A stretch of DNA of 64,000 bases from Escherichia coli (GTDB taxonomy: Bacteria > Pseudomonadota > Gammaproteobacteria > Enterobacterales > Enterobacteriaceae): the NCBI RefSeq assembly GCF_003334785.1, contig NZ_QOWV01000005.1; one strand, written 5' to 3'. The position numbers and the translations under genes are program-made. Of the stretch, positions 47,551-59,246 are shown piece by piece (position 1 is the stretch's first letter; each line of letters opens with the position of its first letter). The notes under the pieces are model-generated. The model saw nothing but the letters and a program-made list of their open reading frames with translations, had not been told where the DNA came from and did not search any database.

Positions 47551-47617
47551 GTTTCACCGTCATAAACCAGATAAACTAAACGACAAGTGTATCTGGTTTA
47601 AGTGAAGAGAGAAATTA

Positions 47618-48163
47618 GTGGACGATTTGACCGCACAAGCCCTGAAAGATTTTACTGCACGCTACTGCGATGCGTGGCATGAAGAGCATAAAAGCTGGCC
47701 GTTAAGTGAGGAACTGTACGGTGTTCCTTCACCGTGCATTATTTCAACTACCGAAGATGCCGTATACTGGCAACCCCAGCCGTTTACCGGGGAACAAAAT
47801 GTAAACGCGGTTGAACGCGCTTTTGATATTGTGATACAACCCACAATTCATACCTTTTATACGACTCAGTTTGCCGGGGATATGCACGCGCAGTTTGGCG
47901 ATATCAAACTGACATTGCTGCAAACCTGGAGTGAAGACGACTTCCGTCGGGTGCAGGAAAATCTGATTGGTCATCTGGTGACTCAGAAAAGGCTAAAACT
48001 GCCGCCCACACTATTTATCGCGACGCTGGAAGAAGAGTTAGAGGTCATCTCGGTGTGTAATCTCTCCGGTGAAGTGTGCAAAGAGACGCTGGGAACACGT
48101 AAACGGACGCATTTAGCCTCAAATCTTGCGGAATTCCTTAATCAACTTAAGCCTCTTCTGTAA
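47618..48163 (+). CDS. syd: SecY-interacting protein Syd
   Basis: 181-aa ORF, GTG start; divergent from queF. Confidence 0.92.
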
Positions 48164-48182
48164 TCCAAATACCCCATCTGGT

Positions 48183-48200
48183 TGTGAGAGATCTCTTACA
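48183..48200. promoter_or_regulatory. UvrY (BarA/UvrY response regulator) binding palindrome upstream of csrB
   Basis: Perfect 18-bp palindrome TGTGAGAGATCTCTTACA about 175-190 bp upstream of the csrB 5' end; matches the known UvrY/SirA recognition sequence. Confidence 0.65.
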
Positions 48201-48373
48201 GACTCTGTAGGAGATCGCCAGGAAATAAGCGAATACTTAAAAAGATAAGAATCGTTATTTTCATTTAAAATCAAAATGTTGATTGTTAATTCTTAACTTT
48301 CATATGAAATTTTCCTTAAGGCATTGTCTGTAAGCGCCTTGTAAGACTTCGCGAAAAAGACGATTCTATCTTC

Positions 48374-48740
48374 GTCGACAGGGAGTCAGACAACGAAGTG
48401 AACATCAGGATGATGACACTTCTGCAGGACACACCAGGATGGTGTTTCAGGGAAAGGCTTCTGGATGAAGCGAAGAGGATGACGCAGGACGCGTTAAAGG
48501 ACACCTCCAGGATGGAGAATGAGAACCGGTCAGGATGATTCGGTGGGTCAGGAAGGCCAGGGACACTTCAGGATGAAGTATCACATCGGGGTGGTGTGAG
48601 CAGGAAGCAATAGTTCAGGATGAACGATTGGCCGCAAGGCCAGAGGAAAAGTTGTCAAGGATGAGCAGGGAGCAACAAAAGTAGCTGGAATGCTGCGAAA
48701 CGAACCGGGAGCGCTGTGAATACAGTGCTCCCTTTTTTTA
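48374..48740 (+). ncRNA. csrB: CsrB regulatory RNA (CsrA-sequestering sRNA)
   Basis: About 367 nt starting GTCGACAGGGAGTCAGACAACGAAGTGAACATCAGGATG; roughly 18 repeated GGA-containing motifs (CAGGATG / AGGATG / AGGAAG); terminator GGGAGCGCTGTGAATACAGTGCTCCC + T7. Confidence 0.95.
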
Positions 48741-48784
48741 TTCCTGCTATCCTTCGCGGCAGTTTTTCTTATTGAGGTTGCTTT

Positions 48785-49114
48785 ATGACCACTCATGACC
48801 GCGTTCGTCTCCAGTTGCAGGCGCTTGAAGCGTTACTGCGTGAACATCAGCACTGGCGAAACGATGAACCCCAGCCGCATCAATTTAATAGTACCCAACC
48901 GTTCTTTATGGACACCATGGAACCACTGGAGTGGTTGCAGTGGGTGCTGATCCCGCGAATGCACGATTTGTTAGATAACAAACAGCCGTTACCGGGCGCT
49001 TTTGCCGTTGCACCCTATTATGAAATGGCGCTGGCGACGGACCATCCGCAACGCGCGCTTATTCTGGCTGAGCTGGAAAAACTGGATGCTCTTTTTGCGG
49101 ATGATGCGAGCTAA
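48785..49114 (+). CDS. yqcC: DUF446-family protein YqcC
   Basis: 109-aa ORF; stop shares a base with the truC start. Confidence 0.9.
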   Translation: MTTHDRVRLQLQALEALLREHQHWRNDEPQPHQFNSTQPFFMDTMEPLEWLQWVLIPRMHDLLDNKQPLPGAFAVAPYYEMALATDHPQRALILAELEKLDALFADDAS

Positions 49115-49896
49115 TGCTGGAAATACTCTATCAGGATGAATGGCTGGTTGCGGTAAATAAACCCTCCGGCTGGCTGGTTCACCGCAGCTGGCTGGATCGC
49201 GACGAGAAAGTAGTGGTCATGCAAACCGTGCGTGACCAGATAGGCCAGCATGTTTTTACTGCTCATCGTCTGGACCGACCCACTTCTGGTGTGTTGTTGA
49301 TGGGATTATCCAGCGAGGCCGGACGGCTGCTGGCACAACAGTTTGAACAGCACCAAATCCAGAAACGTTACCATGCGATTGTGCGCGGCTGGTTGATGGA
49401 AGAAGCGGTGCTGGATTATCCACTGGTGGAAGAACTGGACAAAATCGCTGATAAATTTGCCCGCGAAGATAAAGGCCCGCAGCCAGCAGTGACGCATTAT
49501 CGCGGTCTGGCGACCGTAGAAATGCCGGTAGCGACCGGACGTTACCCGACCACGCGCTACGGCCTGGTGGAACTGGAGCCGAAAACCGGACGCAAACATC
49601 AGCTTCGCCGACATCTTGCCCATTTGCGTCATCCGATTATTGGCGATAGCAAACATGGCGATTTACGCCAGAATCGCAGCGGTGCTGAGCATTTTGGCCT
49701 CCAGCGGTTAATGCTACATGCCAGTCAGTTGTCATTGACGCATCCTTTTACTGGCGAGCCGCTGACTATTCACGCGGGCCTGGACGACACCTGGATGCAG
49801 GCGTTATCACAATTTGGCTGGCGCGGTCTGCTTCCTGAAAATGAAAGGGTTGAGTTCAGTGCGCCATCGGGTCAGGATGGAGAGATAAGTTCCTAA
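49114..49896 (+). CDS. truC: tRNA pseudouridine(65) synthase TruC (RluA family)
   Basis: 260-aa ORF with RluA-family catalytic motif [12 protein letters not shown]. Confidence 0.94.
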
Positions 49897-49913
49897 TCCA
49901 GGGAGAAAACGGT

Positions 49914-50363
49914 ATGGCGGAAATTGGTATTTTTGTCGGCACCATGTACGGGAATTCACTGTTAGTGGCCGAAGAAGCGGAAGCGATTCTGACCGCGCAG
50001 GGCCACAAAGCAACGGTATTTGAAGATCCTGAATTAAGCGACTGGCTGCCCTATCAGGATAAGTATGTTCTGGTGGTTACGTCCACGACCGGGCAGGGCG
50101 ACCTTCCTGATAGCATTGTGCCACTCTTTCAGGGAATCAAAGATAGTCTGGGCTTCCAGCCGAATCTGCGTTATGGCGTGATTGCGCTCGGCGACAGTAG
50201 TTATGTGAATTTCTGCAATGGCGGCAAACAGTTCGATGCCTTGTTGCAGGAACAGAGCGCTCAGCGGGTTGGCGAAATGCTGTTGATTGACGCCAGTGAG
50301 AACCCGGAACCGGAAACGGAATCAAATCCGTGGGTCGAACAGTGGGGCACGCTGTTGTCCTGA
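49914..50363 (+). CDS. yqcA: Flavodoxin-like protein YqcA
   Basis: 149-aa ORF with flavodoxin N-terminus [18 protein letters not shown]. Confidence 0.92.
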
Positions 50364-50797
50364 TATGTTCAGCGAGCGGTAAATGTCGTTTTAGCGGTGC
50401 TGAATCGAATCTTTTCAGGCAAATGTCAGTAAAAACTGCTTCATAGCGCGGATTTTTACTGGCGTTTGCCTGGAGTCAAGCGATCCATTTCATACTCTTC
50501 TTTATTTCTTCGTTTTAACCCTTCCTTTCTTGTTCTTGTTTTCATTTCCGTGAAGTGGATTCCACCGTCCAGGGCTAATGCCAAAATCGGGCCTCATTGA
50601 ACGCATTAATGTTGTGTTGTTGCACGGTGAGCCGCTATGGCGCGCTTTTTATACTGCTATTGCCAGATATAAACACGCGCCGTATTCGGCGAACGACCTA
50701 TAAAAACGGCAAAAAACACCCTACGTCACCTCTGATTTCCTGGCGATGTCGCAGTCCAGAGTGAGCGTGGCTAACGCGAATTTTCAGGAGTGCAACA

Positions 50798-52150
50798 ATG
50801 AGTTCTTTAAGTCAGGCTGCGAGCAGTGTGGAAAAACGCACAAATGCTCGTTACTGGATAGTGGTGATGTTGTTTATCGTCACATCCTTCAACTACGGCG
50901 ACCGCGCTACGCTCTCTATCGCCGGTTCGGAAATGGCCAAAGATATCGGCCTTGATCCCGTGGGAATGGGCTATGTGTTCTCTGCTTTCTCATGGGCTTA
51001 TGTTATCGGGCAGATCCCTGGTGGCTGGTTGCTGGACCGTTTTGGTTCAAAACGCGTCTACTTCTGGTCGATCTTTATCTGGTCGATGTTTACCTTGCTG
51101 CAAGGCTTCGTCGATATCTTTAGTGGATTCGGCATTATCGTTGCCCTGTTTACGCTGCGCTTCCTGGTCGGGCTTGCTGAAGCGCCATCTTTCCCCGGCA
51201 ACAGTCGCATTGTTGCGGCCTGGTTTCCGGCGCAGGAAAGGGGAACGGCGGTGTCGATTTTTAACTCCGCTCAATACTTCGCAACGGTGATCTTCGCGCC
51301 GATTATGGGCTGGCTGACGCATGAAGTGGGCTGGTCACACGTCTTCTTCTTTATGGGCGGTCTGGGGATTGTCATCAGCTTTATCTGGTTGAAAGTCATC
51401 CACGAGCCAAATCAACATCCGGGGGTAAATAAGAAAGAGCTGGAGTACATCGCCGCGGGTGGTGCGCTGATCAATATGGATCAGCAAAACACCAAAGTTA
51501 AAGTGCCGTTCAGCGTGAAGTGGGGGCAGATCAAACAGCTGCTAGGGTCACGGATGATGATCGGCGTTTATATCGGTCAGTACTGTATCAACGCCCTGAC
51601 TTACTTCTTTATTACCTGGTTCCCGGTTTATCTGGTGCAGGCACGCGGGATGTCGATTCTGAAAGCGGGCTTTGTGGCTTCCGTTCCGGCGGTTTGCGGT
51701 TTTATCGGCGGTGTGCTGGGTGGGATTATTTCCGACTGGCTGATGCGCCGCACGGGATCGCTGAACATTGCGCGTAAAACACCGATCGTAATGGGCATGT
51801 TGCTGTCGATGGTGATGGTGTTCTGCAACTACGTCAACGTTGAGTGGATGATCATCGGCTTTATGGCGCTGGCCTTCTTCGGTAAGGGCATCGGGGCGCT
51901 GGGTTGGGCAGTAATGGCAGATACCGCGCCAAAAGAGATCAGCGGTCTTTCCGGTGGCCTGTTCAACATGTTCGGTAACATTTCTGGCATCGTCACGCCA
52001 ATCGCAATTGGTTATATCGTTGGCACGACTGGCTCGTTTAATGGGGCGCTGATTTATGTTGGTGTTCATGCCTTAATCGCGGTACTGAGCTACCTGGTGC
52101 TGGTGGGCGATATCAAGCGTATCGAGTTGAAACCTGTTGCGGGGCAATAA
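50798..52150 (+). CDS. gudP: Glucarate/galactarate transporter GudP (MFS)
   Basis: 450-aa polytopic membrane ORF upstream of gudX-gudD. Confidence 0.94.
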   Translation: MSSLSQAASSVEKRTNARYWIVVMLFIVTSFNYGDRATLSIAGSEMAKDIGLDPVGMGYVFSAFSWAYVIGQIPGGWLLDRFGSKRVYFWSIFIWSMFTLLQGFVDIFSGFGIIVALFTLRFLVGLAEAPSFPGNSRIVAAWFPAQERGTAVSIFNSAQYFATVIFAPIMGWLTHEVGWSHVFFFMGGLGIVISFIWLKVIHEPNQHPGVNKKELEYIAAGGALINMDQQNTKVKVPFSVKWGQIKQLLGSRMMIGVYIGQYCINALTYFFITWFPVYLVQARGMSILKAGFVASVPAVCGFIGGVLGGIISDWLMRRTGSLNIARKTPIVMGMLLSMVMVFCNYVNVEWMIIGFMALAFFGKGIGALGWAVMADTAPKEISGLSGGLFNMFGNISGIVTPIAIGYIVGTTGSFNGALIYVGVHALIAVLSYLVLVGDIKRIELKPVAGQ

Positions 52151-52151
52151 G

Positions 52152-53492
52152 ATGGCGACACAATCCAGTCCTGTTATTACTGATATGAAAGTCATTCCGG
52201 TGGCCGGGCATGACAGCATGTTGCTTAATATTGGTGGGGCACATAACGCATATTTCACCCGCAATATTGTGGTACTCACCGATAACGCCGGGCATACCGG
52301 CATTGGTGAAGCGCCGGGCGGAGATGTGATTTATCAGACGCTTGTCGATGCTATTCCGATGGTTCTGGGCCAGGAAGTTGCGCGACTGAATAAAGTGGTC
52401 CAGCAGGTGCATAAAGGTAATCAGGCCGCCGATTTTGATACCTTCGGTAAAGGTGCCTGGACCTTTGAATTACGCGTTAACGCCGTGGCGGCGCTGGAAG
52501 CCGCTTTGCTTGACCTGCTAGGTAAGGCGCTGAATGTTCCGGTCTGCGAACTGTTAGGGCCAGGCAAGCAACGCGAGGCTATTACCGTCCTCGGTTATCT
52601 GTTTTATATCGGTGATCGGACCAAAACCGATCTTCCTTATGTGGAAAATACGCCGGGCAACCATGAGTGGTATCAGTTGCGGCATCAGAAAGCAATGAAC
52701 AGCGAAGCCGTTGTGCGTCTGGCGGAAGCCTCACAGGATCGCTACGGCTTTAAAGATTTCAAACTTAAGGGCGGCGTGTTACCTGGCGAGCAAGAAATCG
52801 ACACTGTTCGTGCATTGAAGAAACGCTTCCCGGATGCGCGGATTACCGTTGATCCCAACGGTGCATGGCTGCTTGATGAAGCCATTTCTTTATGCAAAGG
52901 GCTGAATGATGTTCTTACCTATGCCGAAGATCCATGCGGCGCAGAACAGGGCTTCTCCGGACGTGAAGTGATGGCGGAATTTCGACGGGCGACCGGCTTG
53001 CCCGTCGCGACTAACATGATCGCCACCAACTGGCGCGAAATGGGTCATGCGGTGATGCTCAATGCGGTAGATATTCCACTTGCCGATCCGCACTTCTGGA
53101 CGCTTTCCGGTGCAGTCCGTGTGGCGCAGCTTTGCGACGACTGGGGGCTGACCTGGGGCTGCCATTCTAATAACCATTTCGATATCTCTCTGGCGATGTT
53201 TACCCATGTGGGCGCGGCGGCACCGGGTAATCCTACCGCTATCGATACCCACTGGATTTGGCAGGAGGGCGATTGTCGCCTGACCCAAAATCCGCTGGAG
53301 ATTAAAAACGGAAAAATTGCCGTTCCTGATGCGCCCGGTCTGGGCGTGGAACTGGACTGGGAACAGGTACAAAAGGCACATGAGGCCTATAAACGTCTGC
53401 CTGGCGGTGCGCGTAACGACGCAGGTCCGATGCAGTACCTGATCCCCGGCTGGACCTTTGACCGTAAACGTCCCGTTTTCGGCCGTCATTGA
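52152..53492 (+). CDS. gudX: Glucarate dehydratase-related protein GudX (enolase superfamily)
   Basis: Start at [29 protein letters not shown] giving 446 aa; paralog of downstream GudD. Confidence 0.93.
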   Translation: MATQSSPVITDMKVIPVAGHDSMLLNIGGAHNAYFTRNIVVLTDNAGHTGIGEAPGGDVIYQTLVDAIPMVLGQEVARLNKVVQQVHKGNQAADFDTFGKGAWTFELRVNAVAALEAALLDLLGKALNVPVCELLGPGKQREAITVLGYLFYIGDRTKTDLPYVENTPGNHEWYQLRHQKAMNSEAVVRLAEASQDRYGFKDFKLKGGVLPGEQEIDTVRALKKRFPDARITVDPNGAWLLDEAISLCKGLNDVLTYAEDPCGAEQGFSGREVMAEFRRATGLPVATNMIATNWREMGHAVMLNAVDIPLADPHFWTLSGAVRVAQLCDDWGLTWGCHSNNHFDISLAMFTHVGAAAPGNPTAIDTHWIWQEGDCRLTQNPLEIKNGKIAVPDAPGLGVELDWEQVQKAHEAYKRLPGGARNDAGPMQYLIPGWTFDRKRPVFGRH

Positions 53493-53512
53493 TTCTGAAA
53501 AAGGACATAAAT

Positions 53513-54853
53513 ATGAGTTCTCAATTTACGACGCCTGTTGTTACTGAAATGCAGGTTATCCCGGTGGCGGGTCATGACAGTATGCTGATGAATCTGAGTG
53601 GTGCACACGCACCGTTCTTTACGCGTAATATTGTGATTATCAAAGATAATTCTGGTCACACTGGCGTAGGGGAAATTCCCGGCGGCGAGAAAATCCGTAA
53701 AACGCTGGAAGATGCGATTCCGCTGGTGGTAGGTAAAACGCTGGGTGAATACAAAAACGTTCTGACGCTGGTGCGTAATACTTTTGCCGATCGTGATGCT
53801 GGTGGGCGCGGTTTGCAGACATTTGACCTACGTACCACTATTCATGTAGTTACCGGGATAGAAGCGGCAATGCTGGATCTGCTGGGGCAGCATCTGGGGG
53901 TAAACGTGGCATCGCTGCTGGGCGATGGTCAACAGCGTAGCGAAGTCGAAATGCTCGGTTATCTGTTCTTCGTCGGTAATCGCAAAGCCACGCCGCTGCC
54001 GTATCAAAGCCAGCCGGATGACTCATGCGACTGGTATCGCCTGCGTCATGAAGAAGCGATGACGCCGGATGCGGTGGTGCGCCTGGCGGAAGCGGCATAT
54101 GAAAAATATGGCTTCAACGATTTCAAACTGAAGGGCGGTGTACTGGCCGGGGAAGAAGAGGCCGAGTCTATTGTGGCACTGGCGCAACGCTTCCCGCAGG
54201 CGCGTATTACGCTCGATCCTAACGGTGCCTGGTCGCTGAACGAAGCGATTAAAATCGGTAAATACCTGAAAGGTTCGCTGGCTTATGCAGAAGATCCGTG
54301 TGGTGCGGAGCAAGGTTTCTCCGGGCGTGAAGTGATGGCAGAGTTCCGTCGCGCGACAGGTCTACCGACTGCAACCAATATGATCGCCACCGACTGGCGG
54401 CAAATGGGCCATACGCTCTCCCTGCAATCCGTTGATATCCCGCTGGCGGATCCGCATTTCTGGACAATGCAAGGTTCGGTACGTGTGGCGCAAATGTGCC
54501 ATGAATTTGGCCTGACCTGGGGTTCACACTCTAACAACCACTTCGATATTTCCCTGGCGATGTTTACCCATGTTGCCGCCGCTGCACCGGGTAAAATTAC
54601 TGCTATTGATACGCACTGGATTTGGCAGGAAGGCAATCAGCGCCTGACCAAAGAACCGTTTGAGATCAAAGGCGGGCTGGTACAGGTGCCAGAAAAACCG
54701 GGGCTGGGTGTAGAAATCGATATGGATCAAGTGATGAAAGCCCATGAGCTGTATCAGAAACACGGGCTTGGCGCGCGTGACGATGCGATGGGAATGCAGT
54801 ATCTGATTCCTGGCTGGACGTTCGATAACAAGCGCCCGTGCATGGTGCGTTAA
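53513..54853 (+). CDS. gudD: Glucarate dehydratase GudD (enolase superfamily)
   Basis: Start at [30 protein letters not shown] giving 446 aa. Confidence 0.94.
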   Translation: MSSQFTTPVVTEMQVIPVAGHDSMLMNLSGAHAPFFTRNIVIIKDNSGHTGVGEIPGGEKIRKTLEDAIPLVVGKTLGEYKNVLTLVRNTFADRDAGGRGLQTFDLRTTIHVVTGIEAAMLDLLGQHLGVNVASLLGDGQQRSEVEMLGYLFFVGNRKATPLPYQSQPDDSCDWYRLRHEEAMTPDAVVRLAEAAYEKYGFNDFKLKGGVLAGEEEAESIVALAQRFPQARITLDPNGAWSLNEAIKIGKYLKGSLAYAEDPCGAEQGFSGREVMAEFRRATGLPTATNMIATDWRQMGHTLSLQSVDIPLADPHFWTMQGSVRVAQMCHEFGLTWGSHSNNHFDISLAMFTHVAAAAPGKITAIDTHWIWQEGNQRLTKEPFEIKGGLVQVPEKPGLGVEIDMDQVMKAHELYQKHGLGARDDAMGMQYLIPGWTFDNKRPCMVR

Positions 54854-54863
54854 GACAGAAAAC

Positions 54864-54893
54864 CAAAACCGGCTCTATCTGGAGCCGGTTTGA
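54864..54893. terminator. Hairpin downstream of gudD (convergent with barA)
   Basis: AACCGGCTC-TATCTG-GAGCCGGTT inverted repeat followed by a short T-run. Confidence 0.45.
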
Positions 54894-54975
54894 GACTGAT
54901 GCTAAACGCAAAATAGCCTGTTGTGCTATGTATCAGGTCTACATCATTTTTTAATTCATTGAATTTAATTGGTTT

Positions 54976-55011
54976 TGTAGGCCGGATAAGGCGTTAACGC
55001 CGCATCCGGCA
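54976..55011. repeat. REP element
   Basis: TGTAGGCCGGATAAGGCGTTAACGCCGCATCCGGCA in the gudD-barA spacer. Confidence 0.7.
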
Positions 55012-55084
55012 TAAACACAGGCACTTTGTCACCAATCTGAAACCAGCGTCATAAAAAGCCGATTGCTACTCGACAAGACATCCA

Positions 55085-57841
55085 TTACCCGAGAATTTTG
55101 CTGGCTTCGCGCGCGACATTATCCATCTCGTCCAACAGTTCCAGCAGCTCCGGTTCCAAATCTTCTTCTTTAGTACCGCTACGTAGCTGTTGTTCGATCA
55201 GTTGGCAGAGATTCTTCATACGTGGCACACCGCTATAGCCGCAACTGCCATGCAGTTTATGAATCAAATCAACCAGGCCTTCCGGGTTTTCTCCAACCAG
55301 CTGTTCCTCAACTTTGTTGCGAACTTCAGGCAGGAAATCGAGTAACATTTGCAGCATATCGCGCGCTAAATCGGTTTTTCCTGCTGCCTGGCGTAGTGCC
55401 AGTTGCCAGTCGAGGGTCGCATTCGGGTTCACCACAATTTCGTTGACTTCGGGCGTCACGACGCGAGAGGAAATACCGCTGCCAGGCTTGTAGCGCAACA
55501 ACAAATTATGCAATCGCTCTTCTTCAATCGGTTTCGCCAGATAATCGCTCATCCCTGCGCCAAGCAGCTTCTCTTTTTGCCCGGCCATTGCATGCGCCGT
55601 TACCGCGATAACCGGCGTTTGTTGCTGATGCGGGAGTTGGTGGATGAGTTCGCAGGCCCGAATGCCATCCATGTCCGGCATTTGAATATCCATTAAGATC
55701 AAATCGAACGGCATCTGTTTCGCCCGTTCAACCGCCTGATGCCCGCTATCGCAAAGTTCCACATGTTGCACCATATCTTCCAGCAATGCGCCGATAAGTT
55801 TCAGGTTAGCGGGGTTGTCATCAACCGCCATGACTGTCATTGCCAGCTTACTTTCATCGGTTACAGGCAAAAGCGTGTTTTGTTTGTGATGACAAAATTC
55901 CGTCAGGGCAGGCAACAGGCGTGTAGGTGTTAATGGTTTCAGCAGACACGCGCCGATACCATCTTGCTTGAGTTTTTCAGCATTGACTTGTGCATGGCAA
56001 GGAAGTGCCAGCATCAGGAAATCGGTCATCGATACCGCTTTCGCTAATCGCTCATGTTGCATTGTTAGCGGCTCGCGGAAGGTCACCGCGATGCCTAACA
56101 ACATCATGTCGTAATGCGCGGGAGGCAGCGCGGAGAACGTTGGGCTATAAACCACTTCCAGCGGCGTTTCACTTAAAATATCCAGCGTGCATTGCGCTGC
56201 TGCGGAGTTTGGTTCGACATAGGCCAGGCGCTTACCTGCGAGGCACTGGGTGGATGGCCCTTCGATAATAATGTTCGGGTTCAGATCGAGATTAATGTGG
56301 AACCAGAAAGTTGAACCGCGATTCGGCTGGCTATGGAACGAAATATCGCCGCCCATTTCATTAACCAGTTTTTGTGTAATCACCAGCCCCAGCCCGGTGC
56401 CACCATGACGGCGGGAAATACTGGCATCAGCCTGTCGGAAGGCCTGGAATAAGCGCGATTGATCGCGTTCAGGAATACCAATGCCGGTATCCCGAATCTG
56501 CACTTCAATCTGCACTTTGGTATTACTCAGCGCACGTTTTTCTACCAGAATATCAATGTTGCCATTCTCGGTGAATTTAATTGCATTCCCCACCAGGTTA
56601 GTGATGATTTGCTGTAATCGCAGCGGGTCGCCGATCACGTTATCAGGCACGTCGCTTTTAATATTGAGCGTCAGTTCTAACCCTTTATCGTGAGAAGAAT
56701 GTGCCAGCAGAGTAACGACTTCATCCAGCGTGCTGCGTAGTGGGAATGGAATACTTTCCAGAATCAGCTTACCTGCTTCCAGTTTCGAGAAGTCGAGAAC
56801 ATCATTAATAATTGCCAGCAAATTATTTGCCGAACGTTCAATCGTATTCAGGTGATCGCGCTGCGTTGGTGTTAATTCTGTTTTCAGCGTCAGGCGGGTA
56901 AAGCCAATAACACCATTCAGTGGTGTACGCAGCTCGTGTGACATATTTGCCAGAAACTCGGATTTAATACGCGCCGCTTCCTGGGCGCGCTTTTTCGCCA
57001 GATCTAACTCAACGTTCTGAATTTCCATCTGCTCCAGCGTTTCACGCAGATCGGACGTCGCCTGGTCGATATTGTGCTGCATCTCTTCGTGATAAGCAGC
57101 CAGCGACATTGCCATCGAGTTGATACCGTTTTTCAGCATATCCAGCTCGCCGAGCATAAATCCTTCCACCCGGCTGTCGAGTTGCCCGCGACGGATGCGG
57201 TCGACGGTATTCACCATGTTGCGAATCGGACCGGTTACATCGCGCATTAAGCGCCAGCCAAAAATAAGCGCAATACCGATACAAAACAGCATCATCACGC
57301 TGGAAATAAAGATCTCTTTATATTGCTGCAAGCGAACCGATTTAAGATCCAGCTCCAGCGCAATATATCCCAACATATTTTGACTATTTTTGGCATCGCT
57401 ACTGGGCGATTCGTCGGGGGAGTAACTCTCAGAAATAATCGGCGTGCGGAGGATCATAATATCGCCGTCACGAGTGACAGTGAGCTGGCGAGGAAACGGC
57501 ACGTTGCTGCCGAGCTGCATTGATGAGGGATCAAGATGAAAATTGGAGGTGACAAAGAGTCGGTTATTTTCATCATAAACCGAAATCGCGCGAACAATAT
57601 CGGAATGGCGACGATGCAGTACGCTTATTAACTGACCGATAGATTCGCGATTTTGCAGGCTCATGCCATATTCAGTAGAAACTGCAAGCGGCTCAATAAT
57701 GCTGGCACCGGCATCTTCCAGTTGACGCTGCAAGTCGTTATAGCGATGCACGACGAAAAAGATACTCAGCAATAAACCAATAAGGACGGTCGGTGCCAGG
57801 ATCAGAATCATCATGCGTGCGCGCAGGCTGTAGTTGGTCAT
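55085..57841 (-). CDS. barA: Hybrid sensor histidine kinase BarA (HAMP-HisKA-HATPase-REC-HPt)
   Basis: 918-aa ORF; N-terminal TM segments, H-box [15 protein letters not shown], receiver domain and C-terminal HPt. Confidence 0.96.
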
Positions 57842-57897
57842 GGAGTTCCGTTATGGGACAATTAAGGTCACACTGTTAAATTGAGAAAGTCTCGCCA

Positions 57898-59199
57898 ATG
57901 GCGCAATTCTACTCTGCAAAACGACGCACGACGACGCGTCAGATCATAACCGTTTCAGTCAACGACCTCGACTCTTTTGGTCAGGGCGTGGCGCGACATA
58001 ACGGCAAAACGCTATTTATCCCCGGATTATTGCCGCAGGAAAACGCGGAAGTTACTGTTACTGAAGATAAAAAACAGTATGCCCGCGCTAAAGTCGTACG
58101 CCGGTTAAGCGATAGCCCGGAACGCGAAACGCCACGCTGTCCTCATTTTGGCGTATGCGGTGGCTGTCAGCAACAACACGCCAGCGTGGATTTACAGCAG
58201 CGAAGCAAAAGTGCGGCACTCGCCCGATTAATGAAACACGATGTCTCTGAAGTGATCGCCGATGTTCCCTGGGGCTATCGCCGTCGCGCGCGTTTAAGTC
58301 TGAACTACTTACCGAAAACACAGCAACTTCAGATGGGGTTTCGCAAAGCGGGCTCCAGTGACATTGTCGACGTCAAACAATGCCCCATTTTAGCGCCCCA
58401 ACTTGAAGCATTGCTGCCCAAAGTCAGGGCATGTCTGGGCAGCTTACAAGCTATGCGCCATCTTGGTCATGTTGAACTGGTACAGGCAACCAGCGGCACG
58501 CTGATGATTTTGCGCCATACCGCACCGCTAAGTTCGGCAGATCGCGAAAAACTGGAACGCTTTTCGCATTCTGAAGGCCTGGATCTGTATCTCGCCCCCG
58601 ATAGTGAGATACTCGAAACCGTCTCTGGTGAGATGCCCTGGTATGACTCAAACGGGTTGCGCTTAACTTTTAGCCCGCGCGATTTTATTCAGGTCAATGC
58701 GGGTGTGAACCAAAAAATGGTAGCGCGTGCGTTGGAATGGCTGGATGTGCAACCTGAAGATCGCGTACTGGATCTGTTCTGCGGTATGGGCAACTTTACA
58801 CTGCCATTGGCGACACAAGCTGCCAGTGTGGTCGGTGTAGAAGGTGTTCCGGCGCTGGTGGAAAAAGGCCAGCAGAATGCGCGTCTTAATGGCTTACAGA
58901 ATGTGACGTTTTATCACGAAAATCTTGAAGAAGATGTCACAAAGCAGCCGTGGGCGAAAAACGGCTTCGATAAAGTGTTGCTGGACCCGGCGCGAGCAGG
59001 TGCCGCAGGTGTTATGCAGCAAATTATAAAACTGGAACCTATTCGTATAGTTTATGTATCCTGTAACCCTGCAACGCTGGCTCGGGATAGCGAAGCGTTA
59101 TTAAAAGCAGGATATACCATTGCGCGACTGGCGATGCTGGATATGTTCCCACACACGGGACATCTGGAATCGATGGTACTTTTCTCGCGCGTTAAATAG
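57898..59199 (+). CDS. rlmD: 23S rRNA (uracil1939-C5)-methyltransferase RlmD (RumA)
   Basis: 433-aa ORF with TRAM domain and Fe-S cysteine cluster [14 protein letters not shown]. Confidence 0.95.
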
Positions 59200-59246
59200 T
59201 TGCGATTTGCCGATTTCGGCAGGTCTGGTCCCTAAAGGAGAGGACG

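Noticed and set aside
50364-50797. 434-bp spacer between yqcA and gudP, checked for a small ORF or sRNA
   Set aside because: Only a spurious 69-aa track ORF overlapping the gudP start; most simply explained as the gudPXD promoter region.
51548-53489. Minus-strand ORFs of 173 and 199 aa inside gudP and gudX
   Set aside because: Antisense to the gud genes; compositionally biased translations.
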